From assembly GCA_977030845.1 (NCBI GenBank), contig OZ365115.1:30628001-30692000 (forward strand): a stretch of 64,000 nt of DNA. The letters run 5' to 3'. The position numbers and the translations under genes were made by a program. Origin of the DNA: Fimbriosthenelais zetlandica (taxonomy: Eukaryota). Under the pieces are notes generated by a model. It was not told the DNA's origin. It saw only the letters and a list, made by a program, of their open reading frames with translations, and searched no databases. Positions 33,801 to 47,500 of the stretch are shown here, one piece after another; the first letter of the stretch is position 1; each line of letters begins with the position of its first letter.

Positions 33801-36800
33801 CATCAGATGCTACAATCACACGGCGATGGACAAAAGGCGGCCATATGTTGGTTATCTTTTACACTTTACATCACTTGTTCCATAAAATTGTATCTAATTG
33901 GAATCTGATTTTTAATATTTAATTGATTTGACAATATAAATTCGGGATTGGGGTTTTTGTATGGCAGTCAATTCAAGTACAAGGCATTATTTTAAGAAAA
34001 CTAAGGCTCACAGAATATAATCAAATTATAGATACTTTGCTATAAATTTGTGAAAGAAAATTTGGTATTAGATGATCAGAAGGAACAGTTATATCCATAT
34101 CCTGCTATAAAGAATCCTGGATCAGATAGGAGACTAAGCTAGGCTTCTTTACACATTTTGATCAGCAGGAGAAAATGGGATCATTAGCACTAATTGTGCT
34201 ATAGATTATATAAGCTTTTCTTATCTAATTCTACCCAAATATCTTGCTATGCATGTATGATGGAATAAGAATGAACTAACAGCAACTTGACCTTGTCCTG
34301 GGTAATGCTGACATTCTACACCAGAGTAGGCCTACAGGTACTTGCAAAATCTAAATTAATTTAAGGGTATTTATAATGACAAGTTTATTGGAACATCATG
34401 TATAATTATGGAACGAAAAACACTTTTGGTTGAATTGGAAACCCATTTTCGAAAAGAAGTAGTGAATGAGAAGGGCCATTGATGAATGTAGATTACCTTG
34501 AACCTTCAAGTTGAGATTGATGGTTTCTTAGGTCTTTATGGGATGAATTGTGGCTTGTGTCTGGTGGACTGTACCTTAACTGTCGACATCCTTTAAGAAG
34601 GCCTGATTACAAGCTGATTGCCCTCAAGGCAGCAAGTGTGGAAACAATCAGGAAGCAAGGCAGCAGTAATTATGTGGACGACAAACTCATCTCATAATTA
34701 AAACTTAAATTAGGCTGCGGCCAGCTTTTGAAATATTCACTGTCAACGCAATCGGGCAGTCTTCCACCAATGCAATCTCCCACGCTTCATTTGGTGCATG
34801 GTGTCGATGCAAACAGAATCGCGGCTTGTCGCAGGACGGCGTGGGTCTCACCACCACCACCTACAGAGGTGTGATGAACAAGGTGGGTAATGTCTAGCAG
34901 GATAATGTGCGTGGAGGAGGAAAAAGGCAGAGCGAAGCGGAAAAAGCCTCTCCAGCTCTGTAATTACTTTCTCAGCTTAATGATATAGGGAATAGGATAT
35001 TTTTTATACATTATAAGTACATTGAATTGAATTCTTCATTCACTTCCCAGTTAATTCCCATCTGGTGTTGTTAACTAAATAGGATATTCTCCAGTTGAAG
35101 TTCTTTTTATTCTTCAGGATACAATCAATTTCAACACGAGTCTGAACAAATACATGACGGGACAATCCACTAATTGCAATGAATATCATGGGCCTATCAT
35201 GCTAATGCCTTTCCTCAGCAATGAACTAGGCATTGGACCCCAGATAGAAAATAATATGGAACAAGTGGTAAGGATTATGATGCCACATCGAAACTTTTAA
35301 TGAAGAGGGAACCCACAAAGAGGGAGGCATATATATTCTGTCAGGTAGCGATATCCATTTAGTCATGAAGTCAAGGCTATGGCAAGAAAATTAGCAGGTA
35401 ATTAACACAACTCAATTAGCCTAGCTTGTCTCCACTACCCTCAGCCTCTCTAATTGGGGTCAATGAACCCTAAAAAGATAGAGTTCTGATGGATATTATT
35501 GAATTATGGAAATATGATTACATCCACACGTCCCAAACTCCGGTCTGCCGCAGAGCCGTCAGAGTTGAGAGGCAGTAGGTAGGGAGGAAAATGAAATTAT
35601 TTCCCGGGACGTAAGAGGGATTATTTTTAACACAGTGACGTCACAGGGCTGGAGAGAAAGGGAACAAGGAGCGTGCACTTTAGTGCAGTTTTCACACTTC
35701 AAACTTTTAAGGCACTTAATTCTGATTTCTTGCAGTGAGCTACCTTTCCAAAAACCACATTAATGTGGTTGAGTTAAATTATCCGTTCTCGATATTTAAT
35801 ATTAAATTTTGTTTGAATTAATGTGTTTGGGGAATGTTGGAAAGGCCATGGAATGAATTATTAAGATGCATTCAATTGTCTCAGGAGCAAATGCTGTAAG
35901 ACTACCACACGTTGGCGCTGCAACATTCAGCACTTTTGACCATCTCTAGGACAAGAAAATTCTTAATCACCTACTGTATATGCGAGCTAGAGTTTCTAAT
36001 ATTAATTTGTGAAGATTCCAAAGGGATTAGATATGAAGGGACACAAAGTATAGGGAGTTGCAAGTAGGAATGAAATTTTAGCATTTTCATCCGACTAATA
36101 TCCTGCATTATACATCATCAGCTCCCTAGGGGAAATCATTCTCTTTGCTGTCTGTAGGCCTGCAAATGAAGGGCAATCCTTCCTCTAAGGCAATCCCCAT
36201 CCAGATAGTGTCAGTCAAAGAAGCTTAGATCAGGAATGTTTTTTTTGCTGAAGAAACACCACCTCAAAGCTCTTCACGATGCCAAAAGGTTGTTTCGGAA
36301 ATCTCTGAATATTTATCATCATCAAGCCTTGAGCTGCCAACTTCTTGTCTAGACCCCCAGCACTGTGAGGTGTTTGATCTTGATCTTGCTAATCGAACAC
36401 AGCCAACGGTTCATATCTTTGAAATGAGGAGGAAGAGTTGGGGATGAGGCCTTGGGGTGCATACATGGAACATTTCTAGGTGGCATATCACACAGTCAGG
36501 GTGTAGATATTTTGATAGATGGATTAAGGGCAGGGGCGAGACTGCTGCCGTGGAAAAGCCACACTAAGAAATCCAAGGGGAGTCAATTTAGCATTGCCAT
36601 TTTTGTTTTGGGAAAAAAGTGACCAAATTATAATGTGAAATAATGGCTTGACAGTTGTTAAGAACAGGAGAGCCCAATATAGTCTAGGGACCTCCTCTTT
36701 ATCCACGTATGGATGGATCCACGCAGGAACAATGCATCTTTTCCAAATAAACTCCGAACCCACTCATCTGTCCACCCAACCACTCATTCATCTAGCTTCC

Positions 36801-39800
36801 CATAGACCCAGGTAGACCCACTCCCCTGCTCTATTATCCCAAACTCCCGATTATCGCCCAATAGCTCTGACGAGGGACTTGCTCAAGGCGTCTTGAGCAG
36901 CTCGTTAACCAGACTTAGAGGTCAAAGGTGAAGCCAATGAACATGTAGACAGGGTTTAAATTGGCCGGCTAGGTGGCATTAAGCTAAGGTATGGACCCAC
37001 TTGTCTCCGACTAGCGCCATCTCCCACAAGACGCCCTCAGGGTCCGTTGTTAGTACTTTCACTTTTACTTTTCGGCCACTAGTTAAGGGGTAGCATTTCG
37101 TTGATGGGCGAGTGGCGTTCATCAACAAGATTACCATCATTAGGCCATGCTTAAAATCCCGTCACTTTGAAAGGTACAATTTAAGGCTTATTCTCCCAAC
37201 CAAGGTTGGATCCATACTGTCAAATTATTACGGAGGCTAATTATTTCATATCATCTGTGAAACGACCTTGACATGAGGAATGTTTCTCCCCTCTCTCTCA
37301 CACCCTGTCACTGGTGTCAGTCCCATCTTAACCTCTTTTAATGGGGAAATCAAATGAAAATGAACCGATTACACCTATCATCCAAACATCAACTACAATT
37401 AGGAGTGGCTCTCCATCCCCTATCAGAAATAGAAATATTTACAGCACCAATCCCCTTCTATCTATTAAGCCCTTGCATTTCTTTGTCTGATTGAAATTTG
37501 CACAGTCAGCACTTCTGCCCCGATTCCTTAGATACACACATCAAACGTGTCGATTAGAATCACAAAGAAAAACAAAGCTTATAGGTTCTCTGGTGTTTTT
37601 AGTCCACTAAAGCTCATAGTAATGAGGAATCCCTTAGATCTATAGCCCAGCATATAGGGTCTCATATATATAGGAAATATGGTTTGTCATTGGGATGCTT
37701 TATTCATCATTGCACCATTTTTATGAAACAATCCCTGTATCTACGTATATGGGATGTAAATAATATAGGCGATAGTTGGACTAAACTTTACAACATGCTG
37801 AAATATACACAGGAGTCAGGGAAAAAAGTGGCGAGGGGAATGGAGGAAGAAAATGAAGATTCAATACCCGGGGGTACAGGTGCAGTCTCCATATATTGAC
37901 AACTGCTCACAAAATGCTCACAAAGCAAGGAGGAACTCGCAGACACACAATCAACTTTAATTAGTCTTGCTGGAGCCGTGTCCCTCAGGGAACATTGGAC
38001 ACTTGCATGTATTATTCCAACTCCCACAACCTTCGGTCCACCCCACCCCCATGGAAGTTGGAAGGTACAAAATGGACAACAACACTGAAAATAATATGAA
38101 ATTATGTGACAGTTTCTCGTCTGACAATGAAAGCTGAATGTAAAAGATGAATTGTACCAGTAACGCTACAGGAAGTGACTGTACATCTGAGACATTTTTT
38201 ATATATATTGTGATACAATATTAAAATGATCGTATATAGATATAAGCTTCATCCATAATATCACAGCTGATCCCCCCAATGTCTGAAATCAAGAGGAACA
38301 TACTAGTGTATACACTAACATAACTAACATATAGTTTATATAATTATACTACCTGGGCACAAGCAAGTTAGGGAGGGATTCATTATTTCTATCTATATGT
38401 CCAATGCTTTCTCACATCACTGGCCTGGGGTAAATAGTCTGCGATAGATCTTTGCAGATCAATAGACTAATTTTCGAGATGGCTTTCGGCTGCAGTTACA
38501 AACCATGGCAATAGCATGGGCTGTATACAGAACTGCTCGGCCAATATTCCCCCTTGATTTCCCCTATTAAGGGAATACTACACTGCAGGTTCTCTGTTTG
38601 CCTTAGGTCCTCAATTTAGGGACTCAATTTACCACTGCCTTTGATGAGAGATGACTATTTGTGTAAGGAGAAGTCCAAAAGAGTCCAATTACAAATATGT
38701 AGATAATACCTGGCAAACTGTTCTCTCTATGTCCAAATGTTGCTGTCAATTGAGACTTTTCAGCTATTAGCACCATATGGACGAGGGCCGCTAAAGGGAA
38801 AACCTGCATTGCATCCGTCGAATGAACTTTAATTATCCTTTTCTTAATTTAGCCATAAGGAGAGCATGCCTTTCCCAAGTAAACTCCTTGCAGACTTTTT
38901 AGATGTATATATAGGGCAAGGATTGAATTCATATCTTGCAATATGAACAAAGCTCATTTTGATGAGCAAGCAATTTCTCCCTAGAACAATCGCCTCTTGA
39001 CGTCTTTTTTTTTTCAAACGTGATTTTCTGCTGCCTGGTGGCTTGATGACAGAGATGATTGTGATTTATGAGATGGGGGTGGGGGTGGGAGGGGGTAGCT
39101 AGGGATATGAAGAGGAGGATCATATTGTCATGAAGAGAGGATCTATAAAACCTTACCAGTCTTCACGCCCTGAAGGATCACTACTAATTAGAGTTATTGT
39201 CAATAGATGGCAATGTGATGATGTAGGTGATGAGATGGGGTTTGAAGCTTCAGTGAAAGTGCAGGCTTCTTTAGACATGTTGAGGCAGTAACTAATGAAA
39301 GGGCTAATTAATATATGCGGTTATCAAATAACCTCGACTGATGTATCCTCGTTTTAGTTTAAACTTCTAATTAGTAATGAGTGAAATTGTGTCATGAAGC
39401 TCATAGAATTCTATCCTTATCAAACAGAGAACCTTTACAGCTGAAAGGGTCGGGACAAACATATAGAAACATATATTTATGTACACATGTCTGTATCCAC
39501 TTTGGTTCCTACTTGTGCATACTGCTTCCAGGATCGATGCCATCCTCCTTCTCCCAAACCCTTGAGACAATTCCTTAAAGAAGCCTTGTCAAGGTGCATA
39601 TATATCTTAATGTATAACCATTATGAAAAGAAGTAGGCTGCATTGAATATCATACAAAAGACATAGAAAGTGTGGTATCATCAACAGTAGCACTTACACG
39701 ATAATGGAGACAAAAAGTACAAGAGAAACGGAGTTGGAATACCCATGTATCAAATACCTTTCAAAGGCATGACTGAAGATAATATTTTATAAAATTGCTG

Positions 39801-40953
39801 TCAAACTTTTTTCCTAGCTCCCATAAGGTTTTGTAACATACATAGCTACATGCAGTTCCAGAGATTGTAAGTATGGAAAACGTGAGAGCTAGGTGGGGCT
39901 TTATTATATATAGCTTTCAGGGGGAAATATATATCATGTCATGTCTGGAGAATACCCCTATAGTCACGAGCTGCTCTTTCACCATGCATGATCTAAACTT
40001 TACAAGGTGTCATGAGCGATTGACACCGTCTGACCTCACTGCTAAATAGAGGAGGAGCCTGTAAAGGTCATACCCGTCAATCAAACATATATATGTTTTT
40101 TCTCTCACCTTTTTATAATCCAGAGAAAAATCAGGGACAAATCAGTTCCATTTAATGTAGGCACTGTATTAAAAAAATAATCTTCAAGCGGTCATCACTT
40201 GTTTTTTAATAAAGAATACGACCACCGAAATAGTCACTAGAAGTAATGATATATTATATATATATAAAGATACACGCTATAGAATGTATTTTTATCCTTT
40301 ATAATTAGGAATCATATATCTGTAAGATAATAGATCGAGGTGGTATTTATATTTGGATGAGCTATACTCGTGTAGGCCTACGTGATAATCATAGATCTAT
40401 GATTAAGCAAGATAATATTGAGAGCGCTGAGCAGAGCCGAGGAAAACTTTGAACATCTCCGTACAATATTCAGTTTTCTACATATTGGATACTTTTTTTC
40501 TTTACAGAGATGGCTACTAATTTTGTCTGGACATGAAAGTCCATGGTCACAAGCATGACCACTGCCTCTCATTCGTAACTGGCTTACTTTTAAAGTATCC
40601 TCTCTAAGCCCAGACTATATCCTCTCCAGGGCCATGCTGAACATCCACCCCCATTTCCCTATACTTCTATCAACGACCCCCGAGTAGTAGAACCCTCGTA
40701 ATTAACTTACCCTGTATTCATGAAGGAGGAACTTCCCGCAGTGGAGTAGTAGTAAAAGTAGGAGGTCTTTCACATGTATACCAATAATTCTCCTGATACT
40801 TGGAAGGGTAGAAATAGTTTGGAATGGGGGGTCTGTTATTTCCCCGCTCCCTTGTGGTGGGGATAGCTGAGTGAGGAGGCTGTAGGACCAGTACGAGGTA
40901 AGAAGAGTAGGGAACAGTGGCTAACCCCTCTATACCAAGACAACCACTGAAGC

Positions 40954-40985
40954 ACTACTACCACCACCACCACCACCCACCGCCA
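40954..40985. repeat. (CCA)n low-complexity repeat
   Basis: Directly visible. Confidence 0.85.
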
Positions 40986-41746
40986 TCCATCAGCACCACT
41001 TTACCCACTATGCACCAGCACCACCTGAAACTGAGAACTCACAGCGCCACACCCACCCCATATAATCAAACCAAGGATTCTCCCATTGTGTCCAGAACAC
41101 AATAAAAACACCTCTATAGTATTCCAGGGCCTTAAAATCTGCCTTGGAGATACCGGTCAGATAGTCCGTTCTAAATTAGGACACATAAAATGTACATATA
41201 TGTTAATTTCTGAATCGTATACCCATTAGTGATATAAATGTAGGTTTCCCAGAAAAATTATTTCATCATTGAATGTTGCTGCCATCGTAAGTAATCAAGG
41301 CAGGGAAATAAATCATTTAGCGTCAAAGGATACGAAATTCCAGTGCTAATTAGTGCTGCAATGCTAATTAGGGAACGGGAAGACAAGCACCAAAGAGAAG
41401 CCTCTTGTATCAATGATTTAATTGGCCTGCCACCACGTAATAATAGTTTCAAAGGTATAGGTAGGATCAGGCGAGTGACGACCGCCTTCACATCCCTTGT
41501 GTCCTATACTACTTACGACAGTATAAAGGACTTTACAAGAGTTTCCCCCCAAATTCTAAGATCATTATTCTGCTGGCCAGGTATATATGGAGATTTTTGT
41601 TATTCCAGGATTGGAAGTCATTTAACAGTAATGGGACCTATACAGGGTCGTTAACTTCATGATCTGTGGACATTTGGGTTGGACAAGGTACACTTTGTAT
41701 TGAGCACGGGGGAGCAAGGGGAGGACGGGTCTTGTACAGTAACAGG

Positions 41747-41760
41747 GTTTCCATGGCAAT
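41747..41760. promoter_or_regulatory. RFX X-box-like (GTTTCCATGGCAAT)
   Basis: One mismatch to the consensus. Confidence 0.45.
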
Positions 41761-43512
41761 ACTGGTAAGCATCATGAGCAATTACCGTCAACATTGGTCA
41801 GAGATGGTCTTGGCAATGTCTATGTAGCCTGAGTATTCCTAATGGATGATATGTGAGATTGGATGTAGATCTCTTGGTTATATGGTGCTGTCCAATGCTG
41901 CTCTAGCTCTACGTCGACAGTCATGAATAATATCAGAGACAGAATTTATTGCATATTACTTGCAATTTATTTGTTACTTCTACTGGAAACCATTTTGTGT
42001 CTGTAATTCACAATAACTAGTTCATTAAGTTTATTTTTCTTTAATTTGGTTTCCACATAGATTTCTTTCGGGGACTCTTACATCATTCATTGCATTTTGA
42101 ATTCCCTCTTTTGTTGGTCGCTATATTAAACAAAAGCTTTCTCCCCAAGGAAGTCTTTTTTTCAAGCACCTTCGCCTCACCATTCTTCCTCCACATTTCT
42201 GATGCCTTTTTCTATTGTCCAGCACCAGCTCATCTGTCTAAGGCCTATTGTTAAAGCATCATCAGAAACAATGTAGAAAACCTATTACCACAGGGGCATT
42301 TCTTTTAAGCAATTCAGTCTTATATCATCATTAAATTTTACACCCATTGGAAGTCTCTATAATATAAAGGCTTCATCCAAAGAGATATTTTCTATCAATA
42401 TTAATTTTGGATTAATTTTGGACACCCCTCTTTCACCCTCACAACCACCACTGGAGGGTGTTGTGCGGAGAAGGATGGCCATTGTGAATATTTCAATATT
42501 TCATCTCTGCCTACTTAGCCGAGGCGAGGTGAAGCTAAAAATAGCCCAATCTCTGACAGTGCTTCTAGGTGGCCGCCTGGAACCTTTCTCACATGGACTA
42601 GGTCTAATGCAATCAGAGGCCAAGATCCAGGTGGATTATGGGGCAGGGCCGGGTTTGATGTGTCTTCTTTATATAGATCTCATTAGTCAGGGAGCCATCA
42701 GATAAAGGTAATAAGATTTTATAGCCTCTAATTTATAAATAATTGTCAAAGAAGTTGTTTGTATCGGAAGCTGACTAACATAACTAATTAACTAGGAGGC
42801 AGAGAAGATTCATGATCACCAGATCATTGCCAATTTGCGTCTACCTATTGCCCTTGGTTTCAGGTCCATTTTTCTGTGCTACTGGGGGATTGAGTCTGTA
42901 GTATATTTAATAAGACAGGCTTGGTCTAAAACTTCATGAGAACTGACTTGAAGAGGAAAGTTGTAACTTTTGTAGCACAGATTGTTTAATAAACACTCTT
43001 CTACAAACATTGTTTCTCGTGAATGTGATCTGTGTCTGCCGCTAGCCACTGTCCTCCCCCAAGCTTTTACCGCTCCTGTTCTCGCCACTTTCCCTCTCAA
43101 TCAATCATCAGACCAAAAGTGTTTTTGACACGTTCCAAACACGCCCCTGGATTTAAACAGTGCCAAAACAGAACCCCCTCATTTCCGGTGAGTAACCTAA
43201 GCGAGGCCAGTTTCAAAAGTACTGGTCGCTGCCTGCTCCCCATTTCAGACATCTGCCTTCAGGGCTATAAGTGGTTGGGGATGTGAATTGAAATGTCGTC
43301 GCAATTGGCCTCTCCAAGAAATCCTCGCATTTTTCTGGGCTCTCAGATGACTTTTGACGCGTAAATTGGTCATGATTAGAATTAAATGACTGGATTTCCC
43401 TTCAAGAGATTTCGCCACTTTTTCTTGAGACATTCATCTAAAAACCAAGATGCAGTTTTTCTCGGAATCTTTCAGGAATGGCGGAAGACAGAAAGCTTTA
43501 AGAAATACTCAC

Positions 43513-43548
43513 TGCAGAGGGAACTCGTGTATAACTCGGTTTACATAC
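43513..43548 (-). other. Candidate 36-nt exon at a recursive-splice-type AG|GT site
   Basis: Minus strand reads ttaatttactttctcttttatttgcag|GTATGTAAACCGAGTTATACACGAGTTCCCTCTGCA|GTGAGT. Phase 2-2 reading (YVNRVIHEFPLQ) joins exon 28497 in frame. Confidence 0.5.
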
Positions 43549-44253
43549 CTGCAAATAAAAGAGAAAGTAAATTAATTTACATGTATTTTTCACATTTAAA
43601 AAGAAAGATACCGGCACTAAATATCACAAAGTTTATAATCATATCTCACCTATTGGCTTATAGAACCAAGCAATGCAATATTAATGCTTCAGGCCAATTT
43701 ATCTATCGCTATCCAGTCGAGCTTTGCTGTACTGATACCTTGTCTAATTACCATTTATATATGGGACAGCAATTCATGACTTATGATAATATCTCATGTA
43801 TCACTATCCAGGGCACCAAGTGTGACCTCAACCCACCGGGTCAAATAACTTTTGTCTAAACAAAGGAATTCATTGCAAAGATTTTCACTTTTCTCTTATA
43901 GAAGATATCTCCATAAAACATCTGGTGCTTGCTTTAGAAATTGTGGACTGGTTTCTAAAGTTCATTTCTGTTCGAATAATTTCAACAAAGTTAATTTCCC
44001 ATCACATAGGCATATATCATTTAGTTGAAGTCCAGGGGCGTCGTGGGCACCTGTTGTTTTCGATATTTTTCTCGCTTGGTTCTAGTACATTTCAAGATAA
44101 ACAAGTCTTTATCGGTTACCTGAAGATAGGGAGGGGATAAACGGATAAATAAAAGGCAATTATGTATTCCTGGAAAATATGGTCTATGATCTAGAATAAG
44201 TTGACGAGGATGATGAGAAGTTTGGCAAGTCTAGCAGACTGACACCAATAGAC

Positions 44254-44589
44254 CCGGTAGATGGCGTTTCCTGGTCATCCAGGAATCAGATATAAGCCCT
44301 ATAGTTTATTTCCATGAATGCTGGCGTAATGAAGCTGCTCTCATTCCTGCCCTATTATAGCTTCTGTACCAGGAAGTCCGAGGGCACCAACCAATCGGAA
44401 ATCCTTCTCTTTCACCCATCTATATTGTAAGATATATTTATAAGTAAGCAAATAGTTATACAAGTTTAGGTTAGTATATCACTCTTTGTATCACATTTTG
44501 TATAATCCTTTTCATGGGATGTTTGTGAGTATGACAGGAATCAGGTTCATCAGAACTGGATCAACGGGCACAGTGTCGCCACCTAGTAG
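44254..44589. promoter_or_regulatory. Convergent pair of CTCF-like motifs
   Basis: CCGGTAGATGGCGT on + at 44254-44267 (1 mismatch) and CTACTAGGTGGCGA on - at 44576-44589 (2 mismatches). Confidence 0.35.
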
Positions 44590-47500
44590 CCAAGCGGCAC
44601 ACCAGAGACAGAACTCACTGCTGCCTCACACAGGTCATCTCTAGAACTAGGTCTCACTCAACGAGTGTAGGAGCGAGGAAAGATCAGTTTTGCATTCACA
44701 TATACAGGGATAGAGCTAGCTCAGGAAGACTTTGAGCAAAATTTGATTAGCCAAATTCCCTGTTAGTCAATGAATATGAATATGTGTTTTATTTTGGGAG
44801 AAATTGGGGCATATAATTTGGGTACAGGTAGGTCTAGGGATTGAGTAGGTGGAGAGAGGTGTGGTGTGGTGTTGGGTGGTAAATTAAATAAATTCTCCCA
44901 GACCCCAAAATCTTTAAATAATAACAAGTCACTGCATTCAGTGTTTATAATCCATCTATAAAGTATTTTGAATAGCCGGCCTACAGCAGAGACGAGTGAT
45001 GGATGTGGTAGGGGGCTGGTAATTAACACAATCTCTAATTAATGGCGCCAATCAGTGATGTAGGCAGTGTCTAGCAGGTGAGAGGGAGGAGGGTGGGTTA
45101 ATTAAGAGGCTAATATTGGTGGGAATCCTATCACATGAGCTATATGATCGTATATAACAATATGGCTTCATCAAGCAGGGGCTTCTCTGAGCTTCTCCTG
45201 CCCATATGGATCATTAAGCTCCAGTGGTTAAACCACATCCCGGATTGGTAACGACAGAATACATTCCAACTTGTAATACATTCTCTATAGATATGAAATT
45301 TAAAAAATATAATTATCATATTAAAATATTTCAATACATCCAAAACTAAGAATAAGCCTACTTTTAATTAAATAAACAGAAGAAAGTGTTACCATCAGGC
45401 ATTCCAAACAATACAACGTATGGGAGAAATAAAGAATACTTTACTCTCACCACTTGCCCACAAGGAAAAAACGACAGATTTGGTAACAAGTGTAGTAAAA
45501 CAAATGCAGAAAATGGCAGGTTTAGACATTTGGAGAAAAATTTAAACAATGCAATTAGCCATTTTGAACCTGCTCTCAGTCTTTCCGTCTGATTTTTCAA
45601 TCTAGATTATAGTTCTTTCGAATAGGTCATATATCAAGTTATGTTATCTCTAAAGGACTTGAAGCAAGTCTAACCTTCACCTGGAGAATCCCCATTCCTC
45701 CAGGTAACAGGTGTCCTAGATCACGTGACCCAGTACGTTTCACAAGGCAGGTACTTCTTACATACCTTCTCCATCTTATAACAAGTCAATGGCAAGTCGT
45801 TTTTAGTTAATTTCAGTTTTTGCAAATTATCTTCAGAAGCTCAGACGGCCAACTACATAATAATTTATGGAGTTAAATGATTGAAAGTTATAAGTTTTTC
45901 TCTTCGACTCCCCATTTACCAATGGCTCCAGGGCAAAGGTTGCTTCAACTTGGCCCTCATAATCCAGAAACTATTATAAGGTCAATACATGAAAGAATAG
46001 CAGACGTGACAGTGTAACGTATACTATAGATAGATACACACCAACCCAATACATGTATACGATATTCATGTAAAAGGGGGGAAAATGCAGCTGTCACTGT
46101 CACACGTGGTGGCAATTCAAACATTGACAGCAGTTATTCGATTTATGTGACACTATACGTAATAACAATAACAATAGGTGGGATACCAACCATAATGTCC
46201 ACACATCAGATGACAAACCATTTTCACAAGATTTTATTCCGAATCAATACCACAAATCATGCTACTGTAACATGCACCCTAAACGTGGCTGTGATATTCT
46301 TGGATTTATCACCTATTGTTTGAATGCTTTACTGCAGCAATCGGTCAGTAAATTATAGGTCTACGTATGGTGCGATTCTTTGATGCTTTGGTTGAATCAT
46401 GATGATGTATGAAGTATTGCAAACAATTGGGAGAAAAAAGAAATTTAAAACAACAACATTACGTACAGAGACGCTTGTACATACATTTGATATAGATATA
46501 TGTCAACTGGCAGTGTCAGGCTGGTTATTATTTACTAATTGGGTGTGGGATTGGTAATATTATTCTGGGTAAATTTACGCAATATAGGACTATCTTCACA
46601 TCATGTAAATAGGCTGGAATTATTACGAATTATTTATACAGAATACATGGACATGTGCTCCATGAAACCCCTCAAAATACTTCCACGAGGTGGAATTTCT
46701 TTGCTTCCCATATGAAGAATATACTGGATTTTTCCACGATAATTTGAATTGACAATGACAATAACATGTAGGCAATTGGTGTCCATACCAGTAAATGTCA
46801 GAATGGAAGTATTGGAATGTGCTCCACATGGGGGAAAGGGAAGTAGGGTGAAGGGATATGGGTATGAGTTAAATGAAGGGTAACATTCTGGATTCTGGAA
46901 AGGAGTAGGGGGGAAAAGGGGCGAGGGGTGGGAAGTGCAGGAGGTAGAGGGGGAAGTCAGATGGAATAATCCTATCATGGAATCACCGGCTCCAGTCATG
47001 TGTACTGACAATGCATTGTGTCATGATAGATACATTAAAATAATGTCTGTTTCACAAAGGTAACAAACATGTCTTCTGTGCCCAATATGCAGCAGGGTGC
47101 GATAATAGTGAAACAAATCATGGAAGGAAGGAGTGACCATTTATCATAATACGCGAGTTGAGAAGTGGGCAGGTTGGGGTTGAGTGCTATGATATATCAT
47201 TGTACATTGCCCCTTTGCATGATGCATGGAGTTATGAATTATGATTTAGTGAGAAGGGTGTCAAGTGTGTGGAAGGTTTTCGGTTTAGACTTGACCGTTT
47301 GCATTGTATAGAGCTGTGGCATGCATACAATGTCACATTTAATTGAGAAGTTTTTAAAATGCAAATCACTTCCTATTAGAAAGTCCTTTTCTTTTCCAAT
47401 ATAAAAGACTGGCATTCGCACCCCCTCCCCCAGCAACCCCGACCCCGGCACCCAAACTTCTTGTGTGTTGAATTTGTGTTGGGTTGGTCCCATCATGGAC

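Noticed and set aside
41540-41610. LRSLFCWPGIYGD as a gypsy integrase zinc-binding fragment
   Set aside because: Single short motif; no flanking H/C ligands, LTRs or other pol remnants.
43386-43859. 157-aa + strand ORF
   Set aside because: No recognisable motif. AT-rich intronic composition, antisense to the 43548 site.
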